Shown here one piece after another: positions 36,407 to 48,785 of a stretch of DNA of 64,000 bases. The stretch is from positions 5,952,001 to 6,016,000 of the forward strand of contig OZ024745.1 in NCBI GenBank assembly GCA_964016885.1, read 5' to 3'. The notes under the pieces are model-generated. The model was not told where the DNA came from. It did not search any database and saw nothing but the letters and a program-made list of their open reading frames with translations. Numbering within the stretch: position 1 is the first letter of the stretch; each line of letters begins with the position of its first letter. The translations under genes and the position numbers were made by a program. This DNA comes from Eledone cirrhosa. Its lineage: Eukaryota.

Positions 36407-37020
36407 ATGGTGGTGGTGGTGGTGGTGTAGTGGTGGTGGTGATGGTGGTGGTGGTGGTGGTGGTGGTGTAGTGGTGGTGGTGGTGGTGGTGGTGGTGGTG
36501 GTGGTGTAGTGGTGGTGGTGGTGGTGGTGGTGGTGTAGTGGTGGTGGTGATAGTAGTGGTGGTGTTGGTGGTGGTGGTGTAGTGGTGGTGGTGTGGTGGT
36601 GGTGGTGATAGTAGTGGTGGTGGTGGTGGTGGTGGTGGTGTAGTGGTGGTGGTGGTGGTGGTGGTGGTGTAGTGGTGGTGGTGGTGATAGTAGTGGTGGT
36701 GGTGGTGGTGGTGGTGGTGATAGTAGTGGTGGTGGTGGTGGTGGTGGTGGTGGTGGTGTGATGGTGGTGGGAGAGATGGTGGTGGTGTGGTAGTGGTGTG
36801 GTGGTGGTGTAGTGGTGGTGGTGGTGATAGTAGTGGTGGTGATGGTGGTGGTGGTGGTGGTGGTGTGATGGTGGTGGGAACGGTGGTGTGGTGGAGGTGG
36901 TGGTGGTGTAGTGGTGGTGGTGGTGATAGTAGTGGTGGTGGTGGTGGTGTAGTGGTGATGGTGGTGTTAGTAGTGGTGGTGGTGGTGGTGGTGGTGGTGG
37001 CGGTGGGGGGGGGGGGGGGG
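36407..37020. repeat. Imperfect (GGT/AGT)n trinucleotide tract ending in poly-G
   Basis: Direct read. Confidence 0.95.
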
Positions 37021-37111
37021 CAATGCAAGATAAGGAAGTAGTGGAAGGAGGGGGTATATAGAAGTTAGAGTTGAGAAAGGTTTCATACTTTTCCATCTTT
37101 CCTCGTCTCAT

Positions 37112-37139
37112 CACTACTACTACCACTACTACCACTACT

Positions 37140-37191
<52 letters not shown>

Positions 37192-37304
37192 ATACTACTA
37201 CTACTACTACCACCACTACTACTACTACCACTACTACTACTAATACTACTACTACCACTACTACTACTAATACTACCACTACCACCACCACTACTACCAC
37301 TACT

Positions 37305-37347
<43 letters not shown>

Positions 37348-37475
37348 ATACTACTACTACTACTACCACCACTACTACTACTACCACTACTACTACTAAT
37401 ACTACTACTACCACTACTACTACTAATACTACTACTACCACTACCACAACTACTACTACTATCACTACTACTACT

Positions 37476-37507
<32 letters not shown>

Positions 37508-37599
37508 CACAACTACTACTACTACTACTACTACCACTACCACTACCACTACTACTATTGCTACTACTACTACCACTACCACCACCACTACTACTACTA

Positions 37600-37648
<49 letters not shown>

Positions 37649-37682
37649 CACTACCACTACTACTACTACTACTACCACTACC

Positions 37683-37726
<44 letters not shown>

Positions 37727-37744
37727 CACTACCACTACTACTAG

Positions 37745-37803
<59 letters not shown>

Positions 37804-37910
37804 TCACCACCACTGTCACCACCACCACCACCACCACCACCACTACTACTACTACCACCACGACTACTACCACCACCAACATTACTACAACCACTACTAC
37901 CACTACCACC

Positions 37911-37957
<47 letters not shown>

Positions 37958-38030
37958 TACTACCACTATCACGACCACTACCAATACTACCACTACCACC
38001 ACTACTACTACCACTACTACCACCACCACC

Positions 38031-38062
<32 letters not shown>

Positions 38063-38231
38063 CACTATCACCACCACTACCAATACTACCACTACCACCA
38101 CCATAACTACCACCACCAACACTACTACTACCACTACTACCACTACCACCACCACTACTACTACTACTACCACCACCACCACTACTACCACTACTACCAC
38201 CACCACTCCCCTCACCACCACCACTACCACT
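37112..38231. repeat. Imperfect (ACT/ACC)n trinucleotide tract
   Basis: Direct read; opposite orientation to the 36.4-37.0 kb tract. Confidence 0.95.
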
Positions 38232-38239
38232 AATATATT

Positions 38240-38311
<72 letters not shown>

Positions 38312-38650
38312 TATATATATATACATATAACATATACATACATATATACACATTCACATATGTACGTGTGTATATATATATATAAATATTTATACATAAC
38401 AAGGGACGTGAATGGAAAGAAAGAAAGGAAAGCCAAAAATATGCAAAATAATTCAATTTACTAAAGAAATTATAAAATAAATTTAAATAATAAATAAAAT
38501 AAATAAAAAAAGAAGCAATTGAAAAGAAAACAAATATATTTTTAATTAAAATTTATTAACTGACTTTGAAATTTAAACACATCTAAAAAGAAAGAAAGAA
38601 AGATTAAACGTAAAAAGAACAGCAAACGGATGTTCATATAACGATACCTG

Positions 38651-38694
<44 letters not shown>

Positions 38695-38756
38695 CATATA
38701 CATACATATATACACTATATATATATATAACATATACATACATATATACACTATAT

Positions 38757-38964
38757 ATGTTTGTTTACAAACACACCGAGCATTATAATAAATGTTCGGT
38801 GAATCCATACGTACATATATATATATGTGTGCATGTATGTATATATATATATACATACTACTGTACGTCTGTATACATATATGTATGTACGTATACATAC
38901 TTATATTTAAGTAACAGCCGTACTAAGAGTGGGAAATGAAATTTCGTTTCATTTTTTCCGTTTA
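38757..38964 (+). mobile_element. 3' fragment of the non-coding hammerhead element 'family B'
   Basis: Near-identical to 42083-42278 and 42503-42650; flanked by (TA)n. Confidence 0.75.
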
Positions 38965-38975
38965 TATATATATAT

Positions 38976-39076
38976 GTAATAGGAACAAGTAAGACCCCGA
39001 CGGCTGAGCTCAAGCCGTTTCGACGGTACTTTGGTGCGTTATGGTCCACCTGGTTCCTTACCACATTTCCTTCGTT
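38976..39076. mobile_element. Short inverted insertion of PLE-like 3' end 'family D' in (TA)n
   Basis: 38976-39026 and 39026-39076 are two segments of the element at 63598-63742, joined in opposite orientation. Confidence 0.7.
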
Positions 39077-39079
39077 ATA

Positions 39080-39127
<48 letters not shown>

Positions 39128-39133
<6 letters not shown>

Positions 39134-39686
39134 ATCAAAAGATGGTTAAAAGAGTTCCAAATATTTTATTATGCGCATTTCCAAAACAAATATCATCATG
39201 GGATGATATCTTCGTTCTCATCAGATAAACTAGGGATACATGATATGAAGCTTAAAACACACTTGTGAATAGTGAAGTTTTAAATCAACATATGAAAAAT
39301 AATTTAAGATTGATGTATGAGATTGGGAAAAAGTGAGGGGGGTTGGAAAAGGTAAGGAAGAGGAGGATATGAGAGTAAAGAATGGTGGGGGAGGAGTATA
39401 AGAAGGAAGGATGAGAGAGTAGGAGAGATGGGTGATAGAGAGAGAGAGATAGCCTTGACAACTGAGAAAAAAAAATATATTGTCTCACAGATATAAGTTA
39501 AAAAGCCGTTGGAAGATAATAGATAATTTAAAAGAATTTGAAATTAAAAGTTAATGAGGTTTATGCATGAAGAGAAAAAGGAATTAAGAATAGTATTAAA
39601 TTAAGGCTTGTACATTGAAGGGTCCTGTAGAGTGCTACTTATCCGATATTTGCATTGCTTTATTGTGCTACAATAAAACTCACCTC

Positions 39687-39690
<4 letters not shown>
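39128..39690. mobile_element. Diverged 3'-UTR-only copy of the Naiad-type PLE with internal inversion
   Basis: 39128-~39620 matches the minus-strand UTR at 49822 onward; ~39625-39690 is the element's 3' terminus on the plus strand (reverse complement of 49734-49800). Confidence 0.8.
39164..39229 (-). ncRNA. Type I hammerhead ribozyme (Naiad family)
   Basis: Minus strand: TTTAT-CTGATGA-[stem II containing GATATCATC-CCAT-GATGATATT]-GAAA-TGCGCA-TA-ATAAA. Confidence 0.78.
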
Positions 39691-39772
<82 letters not shown>

Positions 39773-39809
39773 GTATATATATTTAAGTGTATACATAAAT
39801 ATTTATACA

Positions 39810-39896
<87 letters not shown>

Positions 39897-39965
39897 TTAT
39901 GTATACACATAAATGTATATACATATGTATATAAGTATATATACGTATATACATATGTATATACC

Positions 39966-40009
<44 letters not shown>

Positions 40010-40020
40010 TACATATAGTA

Positions 40021-41686
40021 CTATATATAGAATGAAGGGGACCCACCTACATATAGAATGAAGGGGGCCCACCTACATATAGAATGAAGGGGGCCCACCT
40101 ACATATAGAATGAAGGGGGCCCACCTACATATAGAATGAAGGGGGCCCACCTACATATAGAATGAAGGGGGCCCACCTACATATAGAATGAAGGGGGCCC
40201 ACCTAGATATAGAATGAAGGGGGCCCACCTACATATAGAATGAAGGGGGCCCACCTACATATAGAATGAAGGGGGCCCACCTACATATAGAATGAAGGGG
40301 GCCCACCTACATATAGAATGAAGGGGGCCCACCTACATATAGAATGAAGGGGGCCCACCTACATATAGAATGAAGGGGGCCCACCTACATATAGAATGAA
40401 GGGGGCCCACCTACATATAGAATGAAGGGGCCCCGCCTACATATAGAATGAAGGGGGCCCACCTAGATATAGAATGAAGGGGCCCCGCCTACATATAGAA
40501 TGAAGGGGGCCCACCTACATATAGAATGAAGGGGGCCCACCTAGATATAGAATGAAGGGGGCCCACCTAGATATAGAATGAAGGGGGCCCACCTAGATAT
40601 AGAATGAAGGGGCCCCGCCTACATATAGAATGAAGGGGGCCCACCTACATATAGAATGAAGGGGGCCCACCTAGATATAGAATGACGGGGCCCACCTACA
40701 TATAGAATGAAGGGGCCCACCTACATATAGAATGAAGGGGGCCACCTACATATAGAATTAAGGGGGCCCACCTACATATAGAATGACGGTGGCCCACCTA
40801 CATATAGAATTAAGGGGACCCTTCTACATACAGAATGAAGGGGGCCCACCTACATATAGAATGAAGGGGGCCCACCTACATATAGAATGAAGGGGGCCCA
40901 CCTACATATAGAATGAAGGGCATCCTCCTACATATAGAATGAAGGGCATCCTCCTACATATAGAATGAAGGGGGGGGGGGGCACCTGCATATAGAATGAA
41001 GGGGGCCCTCCTATATATAGAATGAAGGGAGCCCACCTACCTATAGAATGAAGGAGGCCCACCTACATATAGAATGAAGGGGGGGGGGCACCTGCATATA
41101 GAATGAAGGGGGCCCTCCTATATATAGAATGAAGGGAGCCCACCTACCTATAGAATGAAGGAGGCCCACCTACATATAGAATGAAGGGGACCCACCTACA
41201 TATAGAATGAAGGGGACCCACCTACATATAGAATGAAGGGGACCCACCTACATATAGAATGAAGGGGGCCCACCTACATATAGAATGAAGGGGACCCACC
41301 TACATATAGAATGAAGGGGGCCCACCTACATATAGAAATAAGGGGACCCACCTACATATAGAATGAAGGGGGCCCACCTACATATAGAATGAAGGGCATC
41401 CTCCTACATATAGAATGAAGGGGGGGGGGGGGGGGCACCTGCATATAGAATGAAGGGGACCCACCTACATATAGAATGAAGGGGACCCACCTACATATAA
41501 AATGAAGGGGGCCCACCTACATATAGAATGAAGGGGACCCACCTACATATAGAATGAAGGGGGCCCACCTACATATAGAATGAAGGGGACCCACCTACAT
41601 ATAGAATGAAGGGGGCCCACCTACATATAGAATGAAGGGGGCCCACCTACATATAGAATGAAGGGGACCCACCTACATATAGAATG
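40021..41686. repeat. 26-bp minisatellite (CTACATATAGAATGAAGGGGGCCCAC), ~64 copies
   Basis: Period 26 read directly. Confidence 0.96.
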
Positions 41687-41979
41687 CTATCATTTAATTT
41701 TTATAATGAATAAATAAACGGAAAAAATGAAACGAAATTTCATTTCTCACTCTTAGTACGGCTGTTACTTAAATATAAGTATGTATACGTACATACATAT
41801 ATGTATACAGACGTACAGTAGTATGTATATATACATACATGCACAACTATATATATGTACGTATGGATTCACCGAACATTTATTATAATGCTCAGTGTGT
41901 TTGTAAACAAACATCCCGAATTAAGCCGTACAGTGTCTAGCAACCATCGTTGCTCATTTGTTCAACACTGACAAAGGAA

Positions 41980-42019
41980 CGCTGTACTAGTTTCAAGTTA
42001 TTAGCTATCGTCAGCAACG
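41980..42019 (-). ncRNA. Type I hammerhead ribozyme (family B, 1-nt deletion in stem II)
   Basis: Minus strand: CGTTG-CTGACGA-TAGCTAATAACTT-GAAA-CTAG-TA-CAGCG. Confidence 0.75.
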
Positions 42020-42395
42020 TATACCTTCCTGCCATATGTTTGAACGTCTGAAAGTATATACTTTCCTCAAAGTATATACTTTACACACCGAGCATTATAA
42101 TAAATGTTCGGTGAATCCATACGTACATATATATATATGTGTGCAAGTATGTATATATATATATACATACTACTGTACGTCTGTATACATATATGTATGT
42201 ACGTATACATACTTATATTTAAGTAACAGCCGTACTAAGAGTGAGAAATGAAATTTCGTTTCATTTTTTCCGTTTATCGTTTCGGTGCGCCCGGCCGATT
42301 AACTCACTCGATATGCAAATTAGGCTGCTCAACCGTTAATATGCATAAGGAAAGTATATACTTTCAGACGTTCAAACATCTGGCAGGAAGGTATA

Positions 42396-42436
42396 CGTTG
42401 CTGACGATAGCTAATAAGCTTGAAACTAGTACAGCG
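42396..42436 (+). ncRNA. Type I hammerhead ribozyme (family B)
   Basis: CGTTG-CTGACGA-T-AGCT-AATA-AGCT-T-GAAA-CTAG-TA-CAGCG. Stem I CGTTG/CAGCG, palindromic stem III CTAG, GUA cleavage triplet. Confidence 0.85.
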
Positions 42437-42791
42437 TTCCTTTGTCAGTGTTGAACAAATGAGCAAGGATGGTTGCTAGACACTGTACGGCTTAATTCGG
42501 GATGTTTGTTTACAAACACACCGATCATTATAATAAATATTCGGTGAATCCATACGTACATATATATATGTGTGCATGTATGTATATATATATATATATA
42601 CATACTACTGTACGTCTGTATACATATATGTATGTACATATACATACTTATAATGAATAAATAACATTTTCAAAAAATACATAAATGGGAACGAAACAGT
42701 GCAATCAAAGTTTTGTTGAAAAATATCTTACCTTCTCCAATAAAAAATATGTATTTTGCGAAATCCAGAGACTTTCAATAATGACCTTTGG

Positions 42792-42860
<69 letters not shown>

Positions 42861-42947
42861 ATATTTGCTCTACGGTTCTTATATAATTGATATATATTTA
42901 TCCGTATCGAGCCCTCTTTGGATTTTAGTCTTCAAATTTATTATTAT

Positions 42948-42986
<39 letters not shown>

Positions 42987-43117
42987 GCCAATTATTGTAA
43001 GTTTGAATCGGACACGAAATAAATATATATATATATATGAATAAAGTTAGCCCAAATCATAGTAGATTCAAATATCTAAAGCTTAGTTTTATTCATTCAT
43101 GCATGCAAACATACATA

Positions 43118-44210
43118 CTGGTTGAAGTCCTTCATTCTCAGTCGAAGAGAGGTAGTCACGGTTCTGGGACAGCATTCCTCACCATATGAGATGTCATCTG
43201 GTGTACCTCAGGGATCTGTTCTTGGCCCACTTTTGTTTGTGGCATATATTAATGACATAGATGCCAACTTAAGGAATGCCACAGTACTAAAGTACGCAGA
43301 CGACATCAAGCTGTACCTTGAGATAAAAAGGACAGATCCTGAACACTATAGATCTTGCTTGCAGTCTGACCTGGACACAATGCAACAGTGGATCTCAGAC
43401 TGGAAACTCAAGCTAGCTGTGGACAAGTGCACCACCATGTATTTTGGGAGTAAAAACCCAGCGTCCACATACTCCCTCCACAGCACTAATATCAAGAAGT
43501 CTTCCTGTGAACGTGACCTGGGCATTACGGTCAGCAGCGATTTGCGTTGGACGAGGCACGTCTCTAAAATTGTGAAGAGGGCCGAGGGTGTCTTAGCATC
43601 ACTCAGCAAGACCTTTGTCAGCCGCTCTCCAGCTATCTATTTAAGGCTGTATACAGCTATGGTGCGACCACACTTAGAATTTGCATCACCAGTCTGGAAC
43701 CCATATCTTGCTCAGGACATTGACCGCCTGGAAACTGTTCAGAGACGTGCAACCAAGCGAATACCCTCCATCAGGCATCTACCATACTCTGAGCGCCTTG
43801 CTTCCCTGGGCATGGATTCATTGAAGCTCCGACGCCTGGCAACTGACTTGGTAAACACCCACACAATTGTTAACCATGTTGCCAACAACAACCCTGAGTG
43901 CCTTTTCGATTTCCATGTGTCTAACACACGTGGACATGCCCACAAAGTAAGAAAACAGCACAGTTCCCATGACTTTCGGAAACATTTTTTCACGCTCAGA
44001 GTTGCTGAAGCATGGAACAAACTACCTGCATCAGTTGTTAGCTGTCGAGACACTGCATCCTTTAAGGCCTCCATGCTTCCCGAGATCCGCCAACACTACA
44101 GCTAACACATACAAACATGTACTTCCCTGACATTTGTGTATTATTCTATGTACTATATTGACAAGTTGTAGTGCACCTGAGCACTTTACACAATAATTTC
44201 ATTATTATTA
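43118..44210 (+). mobile_element. 5'-truncated non-LTR retrotransposon (CR1/Jockey group), C-terminal reverse transcriptase plus 3' UTR
   Basis: ORF 43122..44105 has SGVPQGSVLGPLLF, KYADD, VRPHLEFASPVWNP and TRGH motifs; ends in an (ATT)n tail followed by TA repeats. Confidence 0.93.
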
Positions 44211-44305
44211 TATATAGACACACACACACGCATTTATAGATATATACACATATACACACAGATATATATATATATATATATGCATACACACAAATACACA
44301 CATAC

Positions 44306-44338
<33 letters not shown>

Positions 44339-44351
44339 CATACACACATAC

Positions 44352-44404
<53 letters not shown>

Positions 44405-44409
<5 letters not shown>

Positions 44410-44895
44410 TGTTTGTTAAGATAATCAAATTAAATCAATTCAACACAGGAATAATAGGTTGTTACCAAAGAGGCAGAAGATTGACAAGTCGACTCTAAAT
44501 ATGACTAATAGCTCATGAACGACACCACATCTTTTTAACTTTGATTTTGAAAGTAGTTTTATAATTATTAATTTTCAATATAGTTTTGTTGCAGTCTCCG
44601 TGGCCTAGTGGCAGGAATCACAGACGGTGGTGATCCTGGTCTGAAGTTCGATCCTGGTCGGGAGTACGGTTCCTGGTGAACCTTTTCAGTTTTTTTCTAG
44701 TGGATCTGAAATAAAAACTGAAAAAGTTTACGTGTATCTCTTGACCAGGATTGTACCCAAGACCAGGATCTCCACCGTCTCTAGTACCTACCCTAGGCCA
44801 CAGAGACAACTACGAAAATCTTATGAAAATTCATACATATAAACCTACTTTCAAAATGTTCAAAACAAAGTGTTGTGGTGTCGTTCATGTCTTTC
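44405..44895. mobile_element. Fold-back element with tRNA-like A/B boxes in its arms, copy 1
   Basis: Imperfect inverted repeat 44514-44889 with loop at ~44697-44713; A box TGGCCTAGTGG 44601-44611; B box AGTTCGATCC 44645-44654; T-run at ~44690. Confidence 0.6.
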
Positions 44896-44997
44896 TTAAT
44901 GTTATTGCTCCTACTTAAGGTGGACTTCTACATCCTCGTTTTGTTTCTCATCTATCTAGACTATATTTTAACCTGTAATCCATGTTTCATTTCTGCC

Positions 44998-45160
<163 letters not shown>

Positions 45161-45649
45161 TTGAATCTACTATGATTTGGGCTTACTTTTTTCATATATA
45201 TATGTTTTTGCATGTCTGATTCAAACTTACAATAATTGGCAGTATGTATATATATACATACTGCCTTTTGGCATATTTTAGCTGTGGCTCTTAGTTATCG
45301 TGTTGATCTCTACTGATGAACGACTCCAACCGTGACTAACCCCACTGAAAAGTTTCGTGAAATAGTCTTTTTAAGACTATATAGAGCATTTGTGGATTTT
45401 TCCAAATTGAAGGATAAGTATTTACCCTTAATTTTATTCTGAGTTAAGACTCTATTGGTTTTTTTTCGTTGGATTACACAAAATCTGTGGATAAAATTTC
45501 TGTCTTGACTTTTTTTGAAATGAGATTGAATTATTTTCCCATATCTTACGTTAAATATTTTCCATCTTGACGTAATAGTCACTTATATGTCTGAATTACT
45601 GTTGGCTTCTTGCTCACATTAATTTCTCTATTTTCATTTATATATATAT

Positions 45650-46099
45650 ATTATTTGTTTCTTAAAATAATCAAATTATATTAATTCAACAGTTAAACAC
45701 ATATAGGAATAATAGGTTGTTACCAAAGGGCCAGAAGATTGACAAGTCGACCCTAGATATGACTAATAGCTATAGGAAAGCCATGAACGACACCACATCT
45801 TTTAAACTTTGATTTTGAAAGTAGGTTTATAATTATTAATTTTCATTATACTTTTGTAGTTGTCTCGGCGGCCTAGTTAGAGGAATCATAGACGGTGGTG
45901 ATCCTGGTCGGAAGTTCGATCCTGGACGGGAGTAGGGTTCCCGGTAAACCTTTTCAGTTTTTTTTCTATGGGTTGTAAAATTAAAACTGAAAACAGGATC
46001 TCCATCGTCTCTAGTACCTACCGCTAGGCCACGGAGACAACTAGGATAATCTTATGAAAATTCATACTTATAAACCTACTTTCAAAATGTTCAAAACAA

Positions 46100-46100
<1 letters not shown>
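45650..46100. mobile_element. Fold-back element with tRNA-like A/B boxes, copy 2
   Basis: Colinear with 44405-44870, with a ~40-bp deletion in the right arm; flanked by TA repeats. Confidence 0.6.
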
Positions 46101-46142
<42 letters not shown>

Positions 46143-46591
46143 TACACACACCACCTTCACCACTAATTGATTTGACAGATGTATTTAACCCATTGGTACC
46201 AAACATTATTTGGTCAGTATTTAAACATGCAGTTGAACTTTGTTTGTGTAGTTCATATTACCAGTTGCAATCAACACCTGCAATTTTATGGACATTCCCA
46301 TATTGTTTTGTTGTGGAGTTGACGTAACCACATGAAGTACTAACCTGATATGTGACAATCTTCCCAATTCTTGCTAGAATGGAAAACAGTTAATAAATGA
46401 TGATGATGATGTCCTTGTTTGTTTATCACCATTACAAGGAATAACAAGAAATTATCTCTTTTCAGCAAGAATGCTAAGATTCTGTCACTTAGAGTCAAAT
46501 TACTTATTGAGGCAAGCATTTCATTTCTGACAATAATATTTTATCTTAATGGCAGCAGTAAATGAATTTACTATTTGAGAGATGCCCCCAT

Positions 46592-46776
46592 ATCGGTAGA
46601 GGGTTGGACGCCATGTTTTCTAGCATAGTTACATCCCTTTACAGTCTGAGTTCAGATCCCGCCGAGGTTAACTTTGCCTTTCATCCTTACGGGGTCGATA
46701 AAATAAAGTACCAGTAATGTACTGGATAATTGCTGGCCTTGTGCCTAAAGTAGAAACAATTATTTGGTCAGTAGTT
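46592..46776 (+). mobile_element. tRNA-derived SINE copy
   Basis: TCGGTAGAG (A-box remnant)...CTGAGTTCAGATCCCGCCGAGG (B box)...GGGGTCGATAAAATAAAGTACCAG...GGCCTTGTGCC. Confidence 0.82.
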
Positions 46777-47159
46777 CGTGTGTATGTGTAAGTATATATA
46801 TATACATACACACACACATATATGTTTGTGTGTGTGCGTGTGTCTATATATGTATGTGTGCCTGCATGAATGAATACACTAAGCTTTATATTTAGTAGAA
46901 TGTACCACCACTGATTCCAGCTACTATCACATATTTTGGGGGTTTCTAGTAATTCCCTCGGGAATTGGTGGACCAAATACTTTGCTGAATTGTTTTATTT
47001 ATTTAAAACATAATGTTATTCTTTCTCTTAGACTTCAGGTATTTTTGAAAGCTAAGCAGTGGCCCCTAAAATACTACAGTAGGCCCTGCAATGCTACCGT
47101 GGGCCTCTTGGGGCCCACTTGCCATTTGGCAACCTGGTCAGGCCGCCACTGGCTGTAGC

Positions 47160-47891
47160 TGTGTGTGTGTGTGTGTATAGCTGTGTGTGTGTGTGTGTGA
47201 ATGCGTCTCTGTATGTGTGTCTGTGTGTGTGTCTGTGTGTGTGTGTGTGTCCCTGTGTCTCTGTGTCTGTGTGTGTGTGTCCGTCTGTGTGTGTGTGTGT
47301 GTGTGTCTGTGTGTCCGTCTGTGTTTGAGTCTGTCTGTGTGTCCGTCTGTCTGTGTGTGTGTCCGTCTGTCTGTGTGTGTCTGTCTCTGTGTCTCTGTGT
47401 CTCTCTGTGTGTGTGTCTCTATGTCTCTGTGTCTGTGTGTGTGTGTCCGTCTGTGTGTGTCTGTGTGTGTGTGTGGGTGTCTCTATGTCTCTGTCTGTGT
47501 GTGTCTCTGTGTGTCCGTCTGTGTGTGTGTGTGTGTGTGTGTCTGTGTGTGTGTGTGTGTGTGTGTGTCGTGTGTCTGTGTGTGTGTGTGTCCGTCTGTG
47601 TGTCTCTGTGTGTGTGTCTGTGTGTGTGTGTGTGTCCGTCTGTGTGTGTCTGTGTGTGTGTGTGTGTCAGTCTGTGTGTGTGTGTGTCTGTGTGTGTGTG
47701 TGTGTCCGTCTGTGTGTGTGTGTGTCTGTGTGTGTGTGTGTCCGTCTGTGTGTGTGTCTGTGTGTGTGTGTGTGTGTCCGTCTGTGTGTGTGTGTGTCCG
47801 TCTGTGTCTGTGTGTGTGTGTGTGTGACTGTGTGTGTGTGTCCGTCTGTGTGTGTGTGTCTCTGTGTGTGTGTCTGTGTGTGTCTGTGTGT

Positions 47892-47923
<32 letters not shown>

Positions 47924-48075
47924 CTGTGTGTGTGTGTGTGTGTACGTCCGTATGTGTGTTTGTGTGTGTGTGTCTGTGTCTGTGTGTCCGTCTGTGTGTG
48001 TGTGTGTGTGTGTGTGTGTCTGTGTGTGTGTGTGTGTGTGTGTGTCCGTCTGTGTGTGGGTGTGTGAGTGTGTCC

Positions 48076-48107
<32 letters not shown>

Positions 48108-48236
48108 CTGTGTGTGTGTGTGTGTCCGTGTGTGTGTGTGTGTGTGTCCGTGTGTGTGTGTGTGTGTGTCTGTGTGTGTGTGTCCGCCTGTGTGTGTGTG
48201 TGTGTGTGTCTGTGTGTGTGTGTCTGTGTGTGTGTG
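47160..48236. repeat. Long interrupted (GT)n microsatellite with recurring TCCGTC interruptions
   Basis: Direct read. Confidence 0.95.
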
Positions 48237-48404
48237 GTCTGTTTCATTTTAATTATTTTGCCCTTGTTGATTTTAATTTAATTTTGTAACTTTGAAAAAT
48301 CATTTATTTCTCCTACCCCTACCCTCAACCACCACCACTACTACCACCACCACCACCACCACTACCACCACCACCACCAGGTGGTAAGATAGGTAGAAAG
48401 AGAA

Positions 48405-48437
<33 letters not shown>

Positions 48438-48643
48438 ATTGTGTGAAGGAAGCTAGTATTTTATATGTAAGTCAGCAGAAGAGATTCCGAGTAATTTAAC
48501 GATGAAGTAATTTATGTCTTTCACCTCCTCCTCCTCTTCCTCTCAATTCCAACAATTGCCAAATACAATAAAATTGCTCAGATAATTCTGTATTCTGCCA
48601 CCTTTGTAAGTATCGTCTGATACCAGAGATTATTAGCAAAGTT

Positions 48644-48681
<38 letters not shown>

Positions 48682-48684
<3 letters not shown>

Positions 48685-48724
48685 CGAAGGAAATGTAGTA
48701 AGGAACCAGGTGGACCATAATTGA

Positions 48725-48728
<4 letters not shown>
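48682..48728 (-). mobile_element. Tiny 3'-end insertion of family D with an inverted TTGAGTA scrap
   Basis: AACGAAGGAAATGTAGTAAGGAACCAGGTGGACCATAA matches 63598-63635; set in (TA)n on both sides. Confidence 0.6.

Positions 48729-48784
<56 letters not shown>

Positions 48785-48785
<1 letters not shown>

Larger units (their letters stand above)
41712..42650. mobile_element. Non-coding ~433-bp hammerhead-bearing element 'family B' (retrozyme-like or non-autonomous PLE): one inverted copy plus a partial tandem
   Basis: Minus copy ~41712-42068; plus-strand tandem 42083-42650 (ACACACCGA at 42083 and 42516); no meaningful ORF. Confidence 0.75.

Noticed and set aside
36284-38456. Long poly-V/T/S/P/H ORFs (689, 457 and 419 aa)
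   Set aside because: Translations of trinucleotide microsatellites; no unique coding sequence or splice context.
47119-48289. Cys/Val and His/Thr-rich ORFs, and the many YI-repeat ORFs elsewhere
   Set aside because: Dinucleotide microsatellite translations.
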